From: a bacterium
GTDB taxonomy: Bacteria; UBA8248
Reading direction: 5' to 3'
Assembly: GCA_965213685.1 (NCBI GenBank)
Contig: CBDBZY010000016.1
Coordinates: 320,001-384,000 of the forward strand
Length of the DNA: 64,000 nt
Part shown: positions 27,926-44,532 of the stretch, piece after piece
Layout of the letters: the number at the start of each line of letters is the position of its first letter
Numbering within the stretch: position 1 is the first letter of the stretch
Made by a program: the position numbers and the translations under genes
The notes under the pieces: model-generated
Told to the model about the DNA's origin: nothing
Database searches by the model: none
Seen by the model: the letters and a program-made list of their open reading frames with translations, nothing else

Positions 27926-30055
27926 ATGGCTGCCTGTGGAGACACAGTTGAGAAAGCTGCCTCCTCCCTCACCCCTCGAGACCTCACCCTCCCTGGTAGG
28001 TCCCTCCCTCCTGCCATGCCCCTCATCATCTCCACCCAAGACAGCTGGGACCCTCACAGCTGCAAGCTGGAGACTCACCAGCACAACAGCCAACCACAAC
28101 ACCTACAGATAGTCACAGACACTCTACAACTGCTGGGAACCATCAACAAGCCTGTGGCTGTCCTGTCCATCTGTGGCCCCTACCGCTCAGGGAAGTCCTA
28201 CTTCATCTCCCGACTGCTGGGCAGGCCTGGGGCCTTTCAGCTGGGCCACAGGATGCAAGCCTGTACACGTGGAATCTGGATGGCCACCACTGTCCTGGAG
28301 TGTGAGCAGTTTGTCACAATCCTGCTGGACACGGAAGGTATCGATGCCATTAGAGCCTCCGAGACCATGGCCATGAGCTTGCTGACTGTCACCACACTCC
28401 TCAGCTCCTACCTCATCTACAATTCCATGAAGGTGCCCCAGAAGGTGGACCTGGACAAGATGAGGTGCTTCACCCAGCTCTCCAGGTCTCTGCTCGTGCA
28501 GAAAGGGGAGTCCATGACGGCAGAGGTCATGAGGAAGTTCTTCTCTCACTTTCTGTGGCTACTGCGAGACGTGACACTGAAAGTGACAGACAGAGCCGGC
28601 CAGACCATCTCAGCCACTGAGTTCCTGCACACTCGTGTGCTGGCATCACAGTCTGGCCAGCCTACAGAGCTGGGCAAGTCTCTTTGCAGCCTCTTCCCCT
28701 CACTGGAATGCCACACTCTTCCCATGCCAAGCATCAACCCCAAAGTCATCAAGAACATTGTGGAGCAACAGGACAAGCTGAAACCAGCATTCAACAAGGC
28801 AGTGGATGAGCTGATCCACCGAATTCTGCAGCAAGTCACGCCCAAGAAAGCCATCAATGGAGTGAGTGTGGTGGATGGCCCAGCTCTAGCTGCTCTGACC
28901 CGTGGCTATGTGGATGCCATCAACACACCAGGAGCAATACCAGACCTGGAACAAGGCTGGCAGGCCGTCATCAAGTGGAAACTGAAGGAACTATCAGACA
29001 AGCTAGTGGAGGAGTACAGGAGAGAGATGGAGGAATGTTTAGGAGACAATCTTCCCATGGAGGAGAGGAATCTGATGAGAATCCACCAACAGACACTGAG
29101 CAGGAAAAGGGAGTCACTGCAGCTGGAGATCCGTCGACTCAAGCCATTGAGTTCCACCTCTGGAGACAAAGACCCAGTCCTGAGTCAACTGGAGCAGGCA
29201 ATCAGTCAGACAAACAAGGGGGGTGATGTGATTGGGGGGGTCCTGTTCCAGTTCACCACTCACAACTACTCCAAGTCCAAGCAGCAGTGTGAAGAGGTGC
29301 TGATGGAAGCAGTGAAGAGCAGTGGAATTCACAAGAAGTGTCAGGAAGCCTTCATCAACTCACAGCCACTGGACATAATGGCAGAGATACAGGAGATTGA
29401 CAGGCAATACCACAGGCAAGCTGTCGGACCAGCAGCCAGTGAAGTGCTGGAGAAAGGCCACAGAGAACTGAACCAACTGGGAGACTCACTCAAGAGAATT
29501 CCTGGCCCTCCTGGTAAGGTGGTGATCATTGGACGAGGATCTGATCGAGTGAAGCTGAGCTGGCAACCTCCAGAGAAGAACCCTGAGGCTGCTGAGAGCT
29601 ATGTGGTGTGGAAACAAGAGGAGGGGAAGCAGTGGGAGAGGGTGAGGGAGACAAAGAAGACCAAAATCCTCATCACTGGACTGAAGTCAAACACAGACTA
29701 CCAGTTCAGAGTCACAGCCACTAATGACCTAATTAAGAGTGTGGCTACAACACAGAACTCATGGACATATGAGTCAAAAGCTAAGGTGGGAGCTATTGCT
29801 GGTGGTAAAGGAGCAGTTGTATTTGCATTGTCCCCAGTTATAGGTTATGAGTCTATGACTGGTAGATACATGAGTGTAAGAAAAGTAGTAGCCATATCAG
29901 TCGCCATTGCACCACTCAGCCTCATATGTGCTCCAGTTACTGCTACTGTGGGTGGAGTTTGGGCTGCTAGGGAAGAGATCAATCAAATCAGATGCTACAG
30001 TGGAGACCTGTCTCCAGAGAGTGATGATGAGACGTCATGTGACTCCACAGAATGA
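27926..30055 (+). CDS. GBP-FN3-TM GTPase, copy D
   Basis: Same motifs, uninterrupted 709 aa ORF. Confidence 0.92.
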   Translation: MAACGDTVEKAASSLTPRDLTLPGRSLPPAMPLIISTQDSWDPHSCKLETHQHNSQPQHLQIVTDTLQLLGTINKPVAVLSICGPYRSGKSYFISRLLGRPGAFQLGHRMQACTRGIWMATTVLECEQFVTILLDTEGIDAIRASETMAMSLLTVTTLLSSYLIYNSMKVPQKVDLDKMRCFTQLSRSLLVQKGESMTAEVMRKFFSHFLWLLRDVTLKVTDRAGQTISATEFLHTRVLASQSGQPTELGKSLCSLFPSLECHTLPMPSINPKVIKNIVEQQDKLKPAFNKAVDELIHRILQQVTPKKAINGVSVVDGPALAALTRGYVDAINTPGAIPDLEQGWQAVIKWKLKELSDKLVEEYRREMEECLGDNLPMEERNLMRIHQQTLSRKRESLQLEIRRLKPLSSTSGDKDPVLSQLEQAISQTNKGGDVIGGVLFQFTTHNYSKSKQQCEEVLMEAVKSSGIHKKCQEAFINSQPLDIMAEIQEIDRQYHRQAVGPAASEVLEKGHRELNQLGDSLKRIPGPPGKVVIIGRGSDRVKLSWQPPEKNPEAAESYVVWKQEEGKQWERVRETKKTKILITGLKSNTDYQFRVTATNDLIKSVATTQNSWTYESKAKVGAIAGGKGAVVFALSPVIGYESMTGRYMSVRKVVAISVAIAPLSLICAPVTATVGGVWAAREEINQIRCYSGDLSPESDDETSCDSTE

Positions 30056-30491
30056 CATGTCAATACTCTATGGCTAGCTATAGCTGCTCTTGTGTGTACA
30101 AGTTCATGTACTCTCATACCTGCCACAATACACACAACATGCACATGTATTTTGATATAATTATTATGGAGTGGATGTAACTCAATACAAGCTTTGTTAC
30201 TATGACATTGTGTTGGCATGGCAACAGCAGACCCTGAGTGAGCATCCATAGTGTGGGTGGAGCCAGAGAGGTCACCAGTGGGTAGCACACACAGCAGTGA
30301 TCATCACTGGTTGCCATGACGACATGGCCTCTGTCATTATTATGTAGTTGCCATGTCCCTATAACATGTCACTGTCTGTACCGGCTTCTGGTGCAATCTG
30401 ATTGGTCACTTGATTCTTCTCATCACATGATTTGTTTGCATTGTCACGTGACTTGGTTTCTGAGTTTTGGTTGGTGGCTAAATGGTGGATG

Positions 30492-34620
<4,129 letters not shown>

Positions 34621-34847
34621 CCTGTGTATTGTGCCATTATCTGTACTACCACTATTACATCATGGTTTAAAATGACCAATCAAAACCCACTGCCCATATA
34701 AGGATGAAAAATTCCCCCTGCTGTTACAACCCTGACATGTAATTATGGTTTGCTATGCCCAGCAATTCCATAACGTGTAGCAAGAGAGAAGCACTAGAAA
34801 TCACCACTTTCTCATTGCCTCACTCCAGTACCAAACAGCTACCAGCA

Positions 34848-34927
34848 ATGGCCAAGAAGCAGGAAGCTCCCTCCCTCATCCCTCGAGACCTCACCCTCCC
34901 TGGTAGATCCCTCCCTCCTGCCATGCC
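34848..34927 (+). pseudogene. 5' stub of a B-type GBP gene (MAKKQEAPSLIPRDLTLPGRSLPPAMP); a shorter stub at 27404-27433
   Basis: Matches 12316-12395 and then breaks off. Confidence 0.75.
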
Positions 34928-35078
34928 AGGATAGCCACATTCAGAGATAAACACATTCTTCAGCATCCACTTCCACTATTGTGGTTCCCAATGTTTGTAC
35001 AGCCCATCTCACTTGTATGGTACTGACCAGTCTTGCACTCCAAACAGTGCCCACTGCTGTAGTTTTGCAATAGGTGCA

Positions 35079-37217
35079 ATGGCTGCTTGTAGAGACACAG
35101 CTGAGGATGTTAGTGCCTCCTCCCTCACCCCTCGAGACCTCACCCTCCCTGGTAGGTCCCTCCCTCCTGCCATGCCCCTCATCATCTCCACCCAAGACAG
35201 GTGGGACCCTCACAGCTGCAAGCTGGAGACTAACCAGCACAACAGCCAACCACAACACCTACAGCTAGTCACAGACACTCTACAACTGCTGGGAACCATC
35301 AACAAGCCTGTGGCTGTCCTGTCCATCTGTGGCCCCTATCGCTCGGGGAAGTCCTACTTCATCTCCCGACTGCTGGGCAGGCCTGGGGCCTTTCAGCTGG
35401 GCCACAGGATGCAAGCCTGTACACGTGGAATCTGGATGGCCACCACTGTCCTGGAGTGTGAGCAGTTTGCCATAATCTTGTTGGACACGGAAGGCATCGA
35501 TGCCATTGGAGCCTCTGAGACCATGGCCATGAGCTTGCTGACTGTCACCACACTCCTCAGCTCCTACCTCATCTACAACTCCAAGAAGGTGCCCCAGAAG
35601 GTGGACCTGGACAAGATGAGGTGCTTCACCCAGCTCTCCAGGTCTCTGCTCGTGCAGAAAGGGGAGTCCATGAGGGCAGAGGTCATGAGGAAGTTCTTCC
35701 CTCACTTTCTGTGGCTACTGCGAGACGTGACACTGAAAGTGACAGACAGAGCCGGCCAGACCATCTCGGCCACTGAGTTCCTGCACACTCGTGTGCTGGC
35801 ATCACAATCTGGCCAGCCTACAGAGCTGGGCAAGTCTCTTTGCAGCCTCTTCCCCTCACTGGAATGCCACACTCTTCCCATGCCAAGCATCAACCCCAAA
35901 GTCATCAAGAACATTGTGGAGCAACAGGACAAGCTGGAACCAGCATTCAACAAGGCAGTGGATGAGCTGATCCAGCGAATCCTGCAGCAAGTCACGCCCA
36001 AGAAAGCCATCGATGGAGTGAGTGTGGTGGATGGCCCAGCTCTAGCTGCTCTGACCCGTGGGTATGTGGATGCCATCAACACACCAGGAGCAATACCAGA
36101 CCTGGAACAAGGCTGGCAGGCCGTCATCAAGTGGAAACTGAAGGAACTGTCAGACAAGCTAGTGGAGGAGTACAGGAGAGAGATGGAGGAATGTTTAGCA
36201 GACAATCTTCCCATGGAGGAGAGGAATCTGATGAGAATCCACAAACAGACACTGAGCAGGAAAAGAGAGTCACTGCAGCAGGAGATCCATCGACTCAAGC
36301 CATTGAGTTCCACCTCTGGAGACAAAGACCCAGTCCTGAGTCAACTGGAGCAGGCAATCAGTCAGACAAATGAGGGGGGTGAGGTGATTGGGGGGGTCCT
36401 GTTCCAGTTCACCACTCACAACTACTCCAAGTCCAAGCAGCAGTGTGAAGAGGTGCTGATGGAAGCAGTGAAGAGCAGTGGAATCCACAAGAAGTGTCAG
36501 GAAGCCTTCATCAACTCACATCCACTGGACATAATGGCAGAGATATGGGATATTCATACACAATACTGCAAGCAAGCTGTTGGACCAGCAGCTGGTAAAG
36601 TGCTGAAAAAAGGTCACAGAGAACTGAACCAACTGGGAGACTCACTCAAGAGAATTCCTGGCCCTCCTGGTAAGGTGAAGGTCATTGGGCAGGGATCTGA
36701 TCGAGTGAAGCTGAGCTGGCAACCTCCAGAGAAGAACCCTGAGGCTGCTGAGAGCTATGTGGTGTGGAAACAAGAGGTGGGGAAGCAGTGGGAGAGGGTG
36801 AGGGAGACAAAGAAGACCAAAATCCTCATCACTGGACTGAAGTCAAAGACCAACTACCAGTTCAAAGTCACAGCCACTAATGACCTAATTAAGAGTGTGG
36901 CTACAACACAGTACTCATGGACATATGAGTCAATAGCTAAGGCGGGAGCTCTTGGTGGTGGTAAAGGAGCAGGTTTGATTGCACTGGCCCCGGTTGCAGC
37001 TGCTATTTATATTATGCATGATGGGGAGTTGAGTACAGGAAAAGTAGTGGCCATATCAGTCGCCACTTTACCACTCAGCCTCATATTTGCTCCAGTTATT
37101 GCTCCTGTGGCTGCAATTGGTGGAGCTATGTTTGCTGCGGAGGCGATCGGTGATGAGTGCAATGTATGTGATGAATTTGAAGACCTGTCCCCAGAGAGTG
37201 ATAATGAGACGTCATGA
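35079..37217 (+). CDS. GBP-FN3-TM GTPase, copy E
   Basis: Same motifs. ATG (MAACRDTAED) at 35079; divergent tail CDEFEDLSPESDNETS. Confidence 0.92.
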   Translation: MAACRDTAEDVSASSLTPRDLTLPGRSLPPAMPLIISTQDRWDPHSCKLETNQHNSQPQHLQLVTDTLQLLGTINKPVAVLSICGPYRSGKSYFISRLLGRPGAFQLGHRMQACTRGIWMATTVLECEQFAIILLDTEGIDAIGASETMAMSLLTVTTLLSSYLIYNSKKVPQKVDLDKMRCFTQLSRSLLVQKGESMRAEVMRKFFPHFLWLLRDVTLKVTDRAGQTISATEFLHTRVLASQSGQPTELGKSLCSLFPSLECHTLPMPSINPKVIKNIVEQQDKLEPAFNKAVDELIQRILQQVTPKKAIDGVSVVDGPALAALTRGYVDAINTPGAIPDLEQGWQAVIKWKLKELSDKLVEEYRREMEECLADNLPMEERNLMRIHKQTLSRKRESLQQEIHRLKPLSSTSGDKDPVLSQLEQAISQTNEGGEVIGGVLFQFTTHNYSKSKQQCEEVLMEAVKSSGIHKKCQEAFINSHPLDIMAEIWDIHTQYCKQAVGPAAGKVLKKGHRELNQLGDSLKRIPGPPGKVKVIGQGSDRVKLSWQPPEKNPEAAESYVVWKQEVGKQWERVRETKKTKILITGLKSKTNYQFKVTATNDLIKSVATTQYSWTYESIAKAGALGGGKGAGLIALAPVAAAIYIMHDGELSTGKVVAISVATLPLSLIFAPVIAPVAAIGGAMFAAEAIGDECNVCDEFEDLSPESDNETS

Positions 37218-37769
37218 CTCCACAGAATGACATGACAATACTCTATGGCTAGCTATAGCTGCTCTTGTGTGTACAAGTTCATGTACTCTCATACCTGCCA
37301 CAATAAGCACAACATGCATAGACAATCTATGTAATTATTATGGAGTATATAGATGATGAGAGAGATGTAACATTATATCCATACAAGCTTTGTCACTATG
37401 ACATTGTGTTGGCATGGCAATAGCAGACCCCAAGCGAGCATTTGTAATGTTGGCACGGCCAGATTGATCACCAGTGGCTAACAAATAGAGCACTGATCAT
37501 CACTGGTCATCATGACAAGGGCCATGAATTCGAAATTATTATGGGCCCCTGTCATCATCTGGAGTTGCCAGCCACAGAGCAGTGCTAGCCTCATTCCCAG
37601 GCCTTCCCCCACATGCCAGCACAACATCACACCCAGCATGGTGGAGTGCTTGTTTGTGGGGGGGCAGTCTGCACGGGAACAAGGCTAGAGTGATACATAA
37701 CAAATGACCATCAGCATCATAATAATATTATTATACACTGTAGTGTTATGAGCACTGCTAGTGATGAGT

Positions 37770-37890
37770 ATCATGACTTGTGTTCCTCTGTGTTGACTGA
37801 GTGTTGAGGTGATTGTGGTTCTCTCGGCCTGATCCACAACAGCGGGAACATTCCAATCAAACATCCGATGATGATACCAGCACAGCGACC
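37770..37890 (-). pseudogene. TMEM65: Orphan copy of TMEM65 last exon
   Basis: Near-identical to 56125-56244. Confidence 0.75.
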
Positions 37891-38012
37891 CTGAGACGGG
37901 GGAAGAGGAGGATGAGGAAGAGAGTGAGTACATTAAAACACCAGAGGAAGAGATATTGAGAATGGAAGGAGAGAGGCAGGCAGGCAGGCAGGCAGGCAAG
38001 CAAGTAGGCAGG

Positions 38013-38043
<31 letters not shown>

Positions 38044-39221
38044 CTGTGTCCACTTCAGGAAAGAAATTGCATACCCAGTAGATGTCATAGGGTGGGTAAT
38101 AATGTACAATGCATCACAGACTATCGACGCTGAGGTTCATGCCTGTGAGATGAGAGGTCTCCAGGAGCCTTTATATCCACTTGCTCTCCCTATACTCCTG
38201 GAGACCTCTCATCCCAATGCGATAGCGAAGGAACCCCCCAGAGTGAAATTTGGGGTCCCCGGGAATATCATCCTCTCCAGAGCGCTAACAAGGCAAACAC
38301 ATATCCACTGCATGTAGCACGACTGCACCCCATGCCACAGTATCATACATGCCACAATAAACAGAACTCAGAACCACTAATCGTAACTGAAAGTAGTTTA
38401 CCAAAAATTGCGAGTAGGGGCAGAGCCTGGGAACGAGGCTAACAAGGCCTCCCTCTGCTCGAGCAAAGTTGCGCGACCTTGACCCCCGCGGCTTTGCTAT
38501 TTTCGAGTTCAAAAATCACTCAACAATATCGCGCGTGTGGGTCTGGGGATGGGGCTAATCCGAACATACACGAAGGTACTATCATACCTACGGTAGTAGG
38601 TGTATATAGGGATTGGCCGGGGTGCTCAGCATTAAACCTGTACATTACAAAAATGCAGCTTTCACTTTCAATATGCAAGCAACATGATCTGTAGTAGTGT
38701 CCTGGTAAAGAGTATGCAAAATGTAAGTTGTACCTCAAAAAGTAGGAGATAATAATACATCATGTGTGTGATACATGCAAAAGATAATTTTCCAAATTGT
38801 CCATGTTCTCCTTCTTCTTCTTCTTGTTGTTCCAGTTGAAGAAGCGAAACTCAATAACTGTAGTACCATTAACCATGATAATGCACATGCAGGTACATGG
38901 CATTGGTGGCTAGTGCATAGGCATAATTTTTTTTCGTTAACCCCTTCACTTCTTGAGATATTGATGATTATCTAGAATCTCCATGTACTTTGTGTATTGA
39001 AGAACATTATAAATTCAAATGAGGGTAACTACGCGCGCTTTAATGAGCGCTTAAATACACAATTTTTGCACTTGACGTCTTGGATACGGTACATAGATAC
39101 TTAAGTACTTGAAATCCACTTACACGCATACGTCGCGTGGTCACTGGCCGGCCGGCAGTTGTTGCGCGCGCCGCATGCTCACGTGCACGTGCGCAGCGCC
39201 GTTCGAACCGGCCGGCCCCTA

Positions 39222-39481
39222 CACAGCCAAAAATAATTGGGCTCGATTCGATACCGACTGCCGTAAGGTATCGAATCGAGGACAAGGAGGAGCTCGAATC
39301 GAGCACGTAAGGTCCTTACGGCCTCGAACCGACACTGGGGTTACATGTCGATTCGAGCTGTAAGGCAGACCTCATACAAAAAATACAATGGGACTGCCCC
39401 AAATGAACGTACCGATACTGTAATTCCGTACCGTATCGCGCACGTTTACGTCCTCGAATCGGGATTCAATTTTTGGCCGTG
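39222..39481. mobile_element. CAC-terminated MITE with TA duplication (EnSpm/CMC-like)
   Basis: TIR cacagccaaaaat / atttttggccgtg flanked by TA; internal repeated TCGAATCG and GTAAGG motifs. Confidence 0.65.
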
Positions 39482-40042
39482 TACGCAGCTGCCAACTTCT
39501 GACCTGCGTTCGATTGTGATATGTGTTGAAGTTACTATCAGGTCTGTGTTTGGTGGACTCGGAAGCTAAAAAGGCGTGCTCAACACAGGCTGATACGAAC
39601 CAGAGACGTCTATATGCACCGGCACTGCACTGCTGTATTAATTATACATGTACTCTGCATCACGTGCATATCACAGTGCACTGTACTAGCTCAAGTAGTT
39701 CTTCCTGCATATATCATAGCACCTGTTAAAACTCTACACTACTGACTGCACATTAGTTGCTGCTCTTAGTATATAGACACCATTAACTTCATTTAACACT
39801 CATAATTAATTGTATTGTGTCACACTTAGGTTCATTGCTGTTATTTATGAAACCTGTGTATTGGTTGATTATCTATTGCTGTCATTCATGAATCTACCAT
39901 ACTTATTGCCACAGCTTATGAGCATTCACCTATTGCAATTCATGCACAACTGAAAGAAGTTCTATAATCAGTGGAGTAATGCTGTATGTTATATTTGGTT
40001 AGTGACAACATCTTTGCTGAAAGCAGCAAAAAATGTGAGGAG

Positions 40043-40631
40043 ACTAGTAAATTAAAAAATTAAATTTTAGAAAGGGATATAGGGATTGCATAAAAAGGTA
40101 CGGAGACAAGGCTTGGATGCAGAGTACACGCTATATTGTAACCAGTTGTCATGGGAACGATGATGAAATGTGGAGTACCTCATGCCTGATTATGCAACAC
40201 AAGCCCTATATTGTTGAGCTGAGTTTCATGGAAACACCGGAATCAATCAATGAAGGATCATCGATAACCATGGAGGGACCATCCCAGACCAATGCGGTAC
40301 TTGAACCATTGCATGATGTCACATGTAGAAACCATCGGACAGAATTTAAGTCTGATATATCACTAAACTATGCCCAAGCACTGAAAATGAAGACATGCAT
40401 ACTTGCATACTTTTTGTAGTGATAATAGCTTATGAAGGGAAGTGGTGGTGGCTGCTCAACAATATAGGGCTTGTGTTGCATAACCAGGCATGAGGTACTC
40501 CACATTTCATCATCGTTCCCATGACAACTGGTTACAATATAGCGTGTACTCTGCATCCAAGCCTTGTCTCTGTACCTTTTTATGCAATCCCTATATTCCT
40601 TTCTAAAATTTAATTTTTTTAATTTACTAGT
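40043..40631. repeat. Long inverted repeat / foldback element
   Basis: ~177-bp arms (40043-40219 and 40454-40631), near-perfect, with a ~235-bp spacer. Confidence 0.9.
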
Positions 40632-41636
40632 ATATATTTCGCCAGGTCGCTTACGTGGCCACTCGAACCCCCGCATGAATGTGTCTGCCCGCACGGCGCG
40701 TCCTTGATACAAGTGTACAGCACTCAACTAGCTGGGTAAGAACTCTTTGGACTTGTGCAAGTGCTCTTCAAACTCTCCTTACTGCAAGGAAAAGAGATGG
40801 CTAAAGTGCTGCGGTGGCTGTCTTGACAGAATGTGATATTTTGGATGTGAGCACTCACTGGGAGATTTTCGTAACTGAACGTTACATCATAATTACACAA
40901 TATCTGTACTTATGATAGTACAATATCCGCACAGAGAAGCGAACATACGTTACCATACATGGAGTACCACACTACAAATACATCACACAGGGCAGCTATA
41001 CATGTACATGGCACTGCTAGACACATACAATATTGAGGAAGGTGAATTGATGTATACACTGTAGCAATACAACCTACTCAGCTTTCATTGTTACACGACA
41101 TTCAGTTCAATTTGAACCCTCTTCGGGCATAATTATTATGTTTTCTACTTCCCATGATCATGCAGCTCAAAGAATGTTGTGTAACTTTAAAACTCTAGCT
41201 TTTACCTTGACAGAGCACAAATTACCTACTGCTGTACTTGCCCATACTATGAGGAATATTCCCTTATATTCAGTGAACATGAAAACACAAGAGTGCATGT
41301 ATATGTGTTAAAACAAGAAAGAGTTGTATGAGAGGAGTTGCTATACAGCAGTCCTCCTTGTCAGAAACACAGAAGGAAAAGCTCCAGCCTTGAGACTCAG
41401 GCTACTTGTGGAAACACTGACTTATTGTCTATAGTATACCACACAATAATATATACACACAATACTCCATTTTGGACACGCACATTGAGCTCTACTCACT
41501 AGCTACTGGTGTCATGTGAATTTCAATGTTTATACAGCCCAACTTCCATTCACAGCACGGAGGTCACTGAGGTCATTCAGTGTATTTGAGTCTGGGCAAT
41601 TGGTGCTTGTATTGATCCACTGCTGTTAGCTTTACA

Positions 41637-43766
41637 ATGGCTGCCTGTGGAGACACAGTTGAGAAAGCTGCCTCCTCCCTCACCCCTCGAGACCTCACCC
41701 TCCCTGGTAGGTCCCTCCCTCCTGCCATGCCCCTCATCATCTCCACCCAAGACAGCTGGGACCCTCACAGCTGCAAGCTGGAGACTCACCAGCACAACAG
41801 CCAACCACAACACCTACAGATAGTCACAGACACTCTACAACTGCTGGGAACCATCAACAAGCCTGTGGCTGTCCTGTCCATCTGTGGCCCCTACCGCTCG
41901 GGGAAATCCTACTTCATCTCCCGACTGCTGGGTAGGCCTGGGGCCTTTCAGCTGGGCCACAGGATGCAAGCCTGTACACGTGGAATCTGGATGGCCACCA
42001 CTGTCCTGGAGTGTGAGCAGTTTGTCACAATCCTGCTGGACACGGAAGGCATCGATGCCATTAGAGCCTCCGAGACCATGGATGCGAGCTTGCTGACTGT
42101 CACCACACTCCTCAGCTCCTACCTCATCTACAACTCCAAGAAGGTGCCCCAGAAGGTGGATCTGGACAAGATGAGGTGCTTCACCCAGCTCTCCAGGTCT
42201 CTGCTCATGCAGAAAGAGGAGTCCATGAGGGCAGAGGTCATGAGGAAGTTCTTCCCTCACTTTCTGTGGCTACTGCGAGATGTGACACTGACTGTGACAG
42301 ACAGAGCCGGCCAGACCATCTCAGCCACTGAGTTCCTGCACACTCGTGTGCTGGCATCACAATCTGGCCAGCCTACAGAGCTGGGCAAGTCTCTTTGCAG
42401 CCTCTTCCCCTCACTGGAATGCCACACTCTTCCCATGCCAAGCATCAACCCCAAAGTCATCAAGAACATTGTGGAGCAACAGGACAAGCTGAAACCAGCA
42501 TTCAACAAGGCAGTGGATCAACTGATCCAGCGAATCCTGCAGCAAGTCACGCCCAAGAAAGCCATCGATGGAGTGAGTGTGGTGGATGGCCCAGCTCTAG
42601 CTGCTCTGACCCGTGGGTATGTGGATGCCATCAACACACCAGGAGCAATACCAGACCTGGAACAAGGCTGGCAGGCTGTCATCAAGTGGAAGCTGAAGGA
42701 ACTGTCAGACAAGCTAGTGGAGGAGTACAGGAGAGAGATGGAGAAATGTTTAGGAGACAATCTTCCCATGGAGGAGAGGAATCTGATGAGAATCCACAAA
42801 CAGACACTGAGCAGGAAAAGGGATTCACTGCAGCAGGAGATCCGTCGGCTCAAACCATTGAGTTCCACCTCTGGAGACAAAAACCCAATCCTGAGTCAAC
42901 TGGAGCAGACAATCAGTCAGACAAACGAGGGGGGTGAGGTGATTGGGGGGGTCCTGTTCCAGTTCACCACTCACAACTACTCCAAGTCCAAGCAGCAGTG
43001 TGAAGAGGTGCTGATAGAAGCAGTGAAGAGCAGTGGAATTCACAAGAAGTGTCAGGAAGCCTTCATCAACTCACATCCACTGGACATAATGGCAGAGATA
43101 TGGGATATTCATACACAATACTGCAAGCAAGCTGTTGGACCAGCAGCTGGTGAAGTGCTGAAAAAAGGTCACAGAGAACTGAACCAACTGGGAGACTCAC
43201 TCAAGAGAATTCCTGGCCCACCTCGTGAGGTGGAGGTCATTGGATGGGGACCTGATCGAGTGAAGCTGAGCTGGCAACCTCCAAAGAAGAACCCTGAGGC
43301 TGCTGAGAGCTATGTGGTGTGGAAACAAGAGGAGGGGAAGCAGTGGGAGAGGGTGAGGGAGACAAAGAAGACCAAAATCCTCATCACTGGACTGAAGTCA
43401 GACACAGACTACCAGTTCAGAATCACAGCCACTAATGACCTGATTAAGAGTGTGGCTGCAACACATGACTCATGGACAATGGAGTCAAAAGCTAAGATGG
43501 GAGCTCTTGCTGGTGGTGTAGGAGCAATTACATTGTCACTGATGCCAGTTGCAGCAGCTATTGCGAATGTGACTGCTGAAGACATGAGTGGAGGAAAAAT
43601 AGTAGCCATATCAGTCGCCACTTTACCAATTAGCCTCATATGTGCTCCAGTTACTGCTACTGTGGGTGGAGTTTGGATTGCTAGGGAAGTGATCAAGGAC
43701 GGATGCTACAGTGGAGACCTGTCCCCAGAGAGTGATGATGAGACGTCATGTGATTCCACAGAATGA
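41637..43766 (+). CDS. GBP-FN3-TM GTPase, copy F
   Basis: Same motifs, uninterrupted 709 aa ORF. Confidence 0.92.
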   Translation: MAACGDTVEKAASSLTPRDLTLPGRSLPPAMPLIISTQDSWDPHSCKLETHQHNSQPQHLQIVTDTLQLLGTINKPVAVLSICGPYRSGKSYFISRLLGRPGAFQLGHRMQACTRGIWMATTVLECEQFVTILLDTEGIDAIRASETMDASLLTVTTLLSSYLIYNSKKVPQKVDLDKMRCFTQLSRSLLMQKEESMRAEVMRKFFPHFLWLLRDVTLTVTDRAGQTISATEFLHTRVLASQSGQPTELGKSLCSLFPSLECHTLPMPSINPKVIKNIVEQQDKLKPAFNKAVDQLIQRILQQVTPKKAIDGVSVVDGPALAALTRGYVDAINTPGAIPDLEQGWQAVIKWKLKELSDKLVEEYRREMEKCLGDNLPMEERNLMRIHKQTLSRKRDSLQQEIRRLKPLSSTSGDKNPILSQLEQTISQTNEGGEVIGGVLFQFTTHNYSKSKQQCEEVLIEAVKSSGIHKKCQEAFINSHPLDIMAEIWDIHTQYCKQAVGPAAGEVLKKGHRELNQLGDSLKRIPGPPREVEVIGWGPDRVKLSWQPPKKNPEAAESYVVWKQEEGKQWERVRETKKTKILITGLKSDTDYQFRITATNDLIKSVAATHDSWTMESKAKMGALAGGVGAITLSLMPVAAAIANVTAEDMSGGKIVAISVATLPISLICAPVTATVGGVWIAREVIKDGCYSGDLSPESDDETSCDSTE

Positions 43767-44324
43767 CATGACAGTACTCTATGGCTAGCTACAGCTGCTC
43801 TTGTGTGTACACGTTCATGTACTCTCATACCCGCCTCAATAAACACAACATGCACATGTAATTATTATGGATATGTCATGTATTTTGATATATTATGGAG
43901 TGGATGTAACAGAAATTGAGTTATTTATTAGTATAAGCTTTGTTACTATGACAATGTGTTGGCATGGCAACAGCAGAACCTAAATGAGCATCCATTGTGG
44001 GTGAAGCCAGATAGGTTACCAATGGGTAGCGATTCTAGTAAATATAGCAGTGATCATCACTGCTTATCATGATGAGATGGGCCCCTGTCATCAACCACAA
44101 TTATTATGGAGTTGCCGTGTCCCCAGCCACAGAGCAGTGCTAGCCTCATTCCCAGGCCTTCCCCCACATGCCAGCACAACACCACACCCAGCATGGTGGA
44201 GCGCTTGTGTGTGGGGGGCAGTCTGGGAACAAGGCTAGAGTGATGTGGATTGAATGACCATAAACTAATTATTATACACTGTACATGTAGTGGTGAGTGT
44301 TATGAGCACTGCTAGTGATGAGTA

Positions 44325-44442
44325 TCATGACTTGTGTTCCTGTGGTGACTGAGTGTTGAGGTGATTGTGGTTCTCTCGGCCTGATCCACAGCAGCAGGAA
44401 CATTCCAATCAAACATCCGATGATGATACCAGCACAGCGACC
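44325..44442 (-). pseudogene. TMEM65: Orphan copy of TMEM65 last exon
   Basis: GRCAGIIIGCLIGMFLLLWIRPREPQSPQH. Confidence 0.75.
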
Positions 44443-44532
44443 CTGAGATGGGGGGAGAAAAGAAAGTGAAAAAGTATAAGTATTCATTTGCAAGCATTGG
44501 ATAGGAGTAAGCATAGAAACAAGGGCATTATC

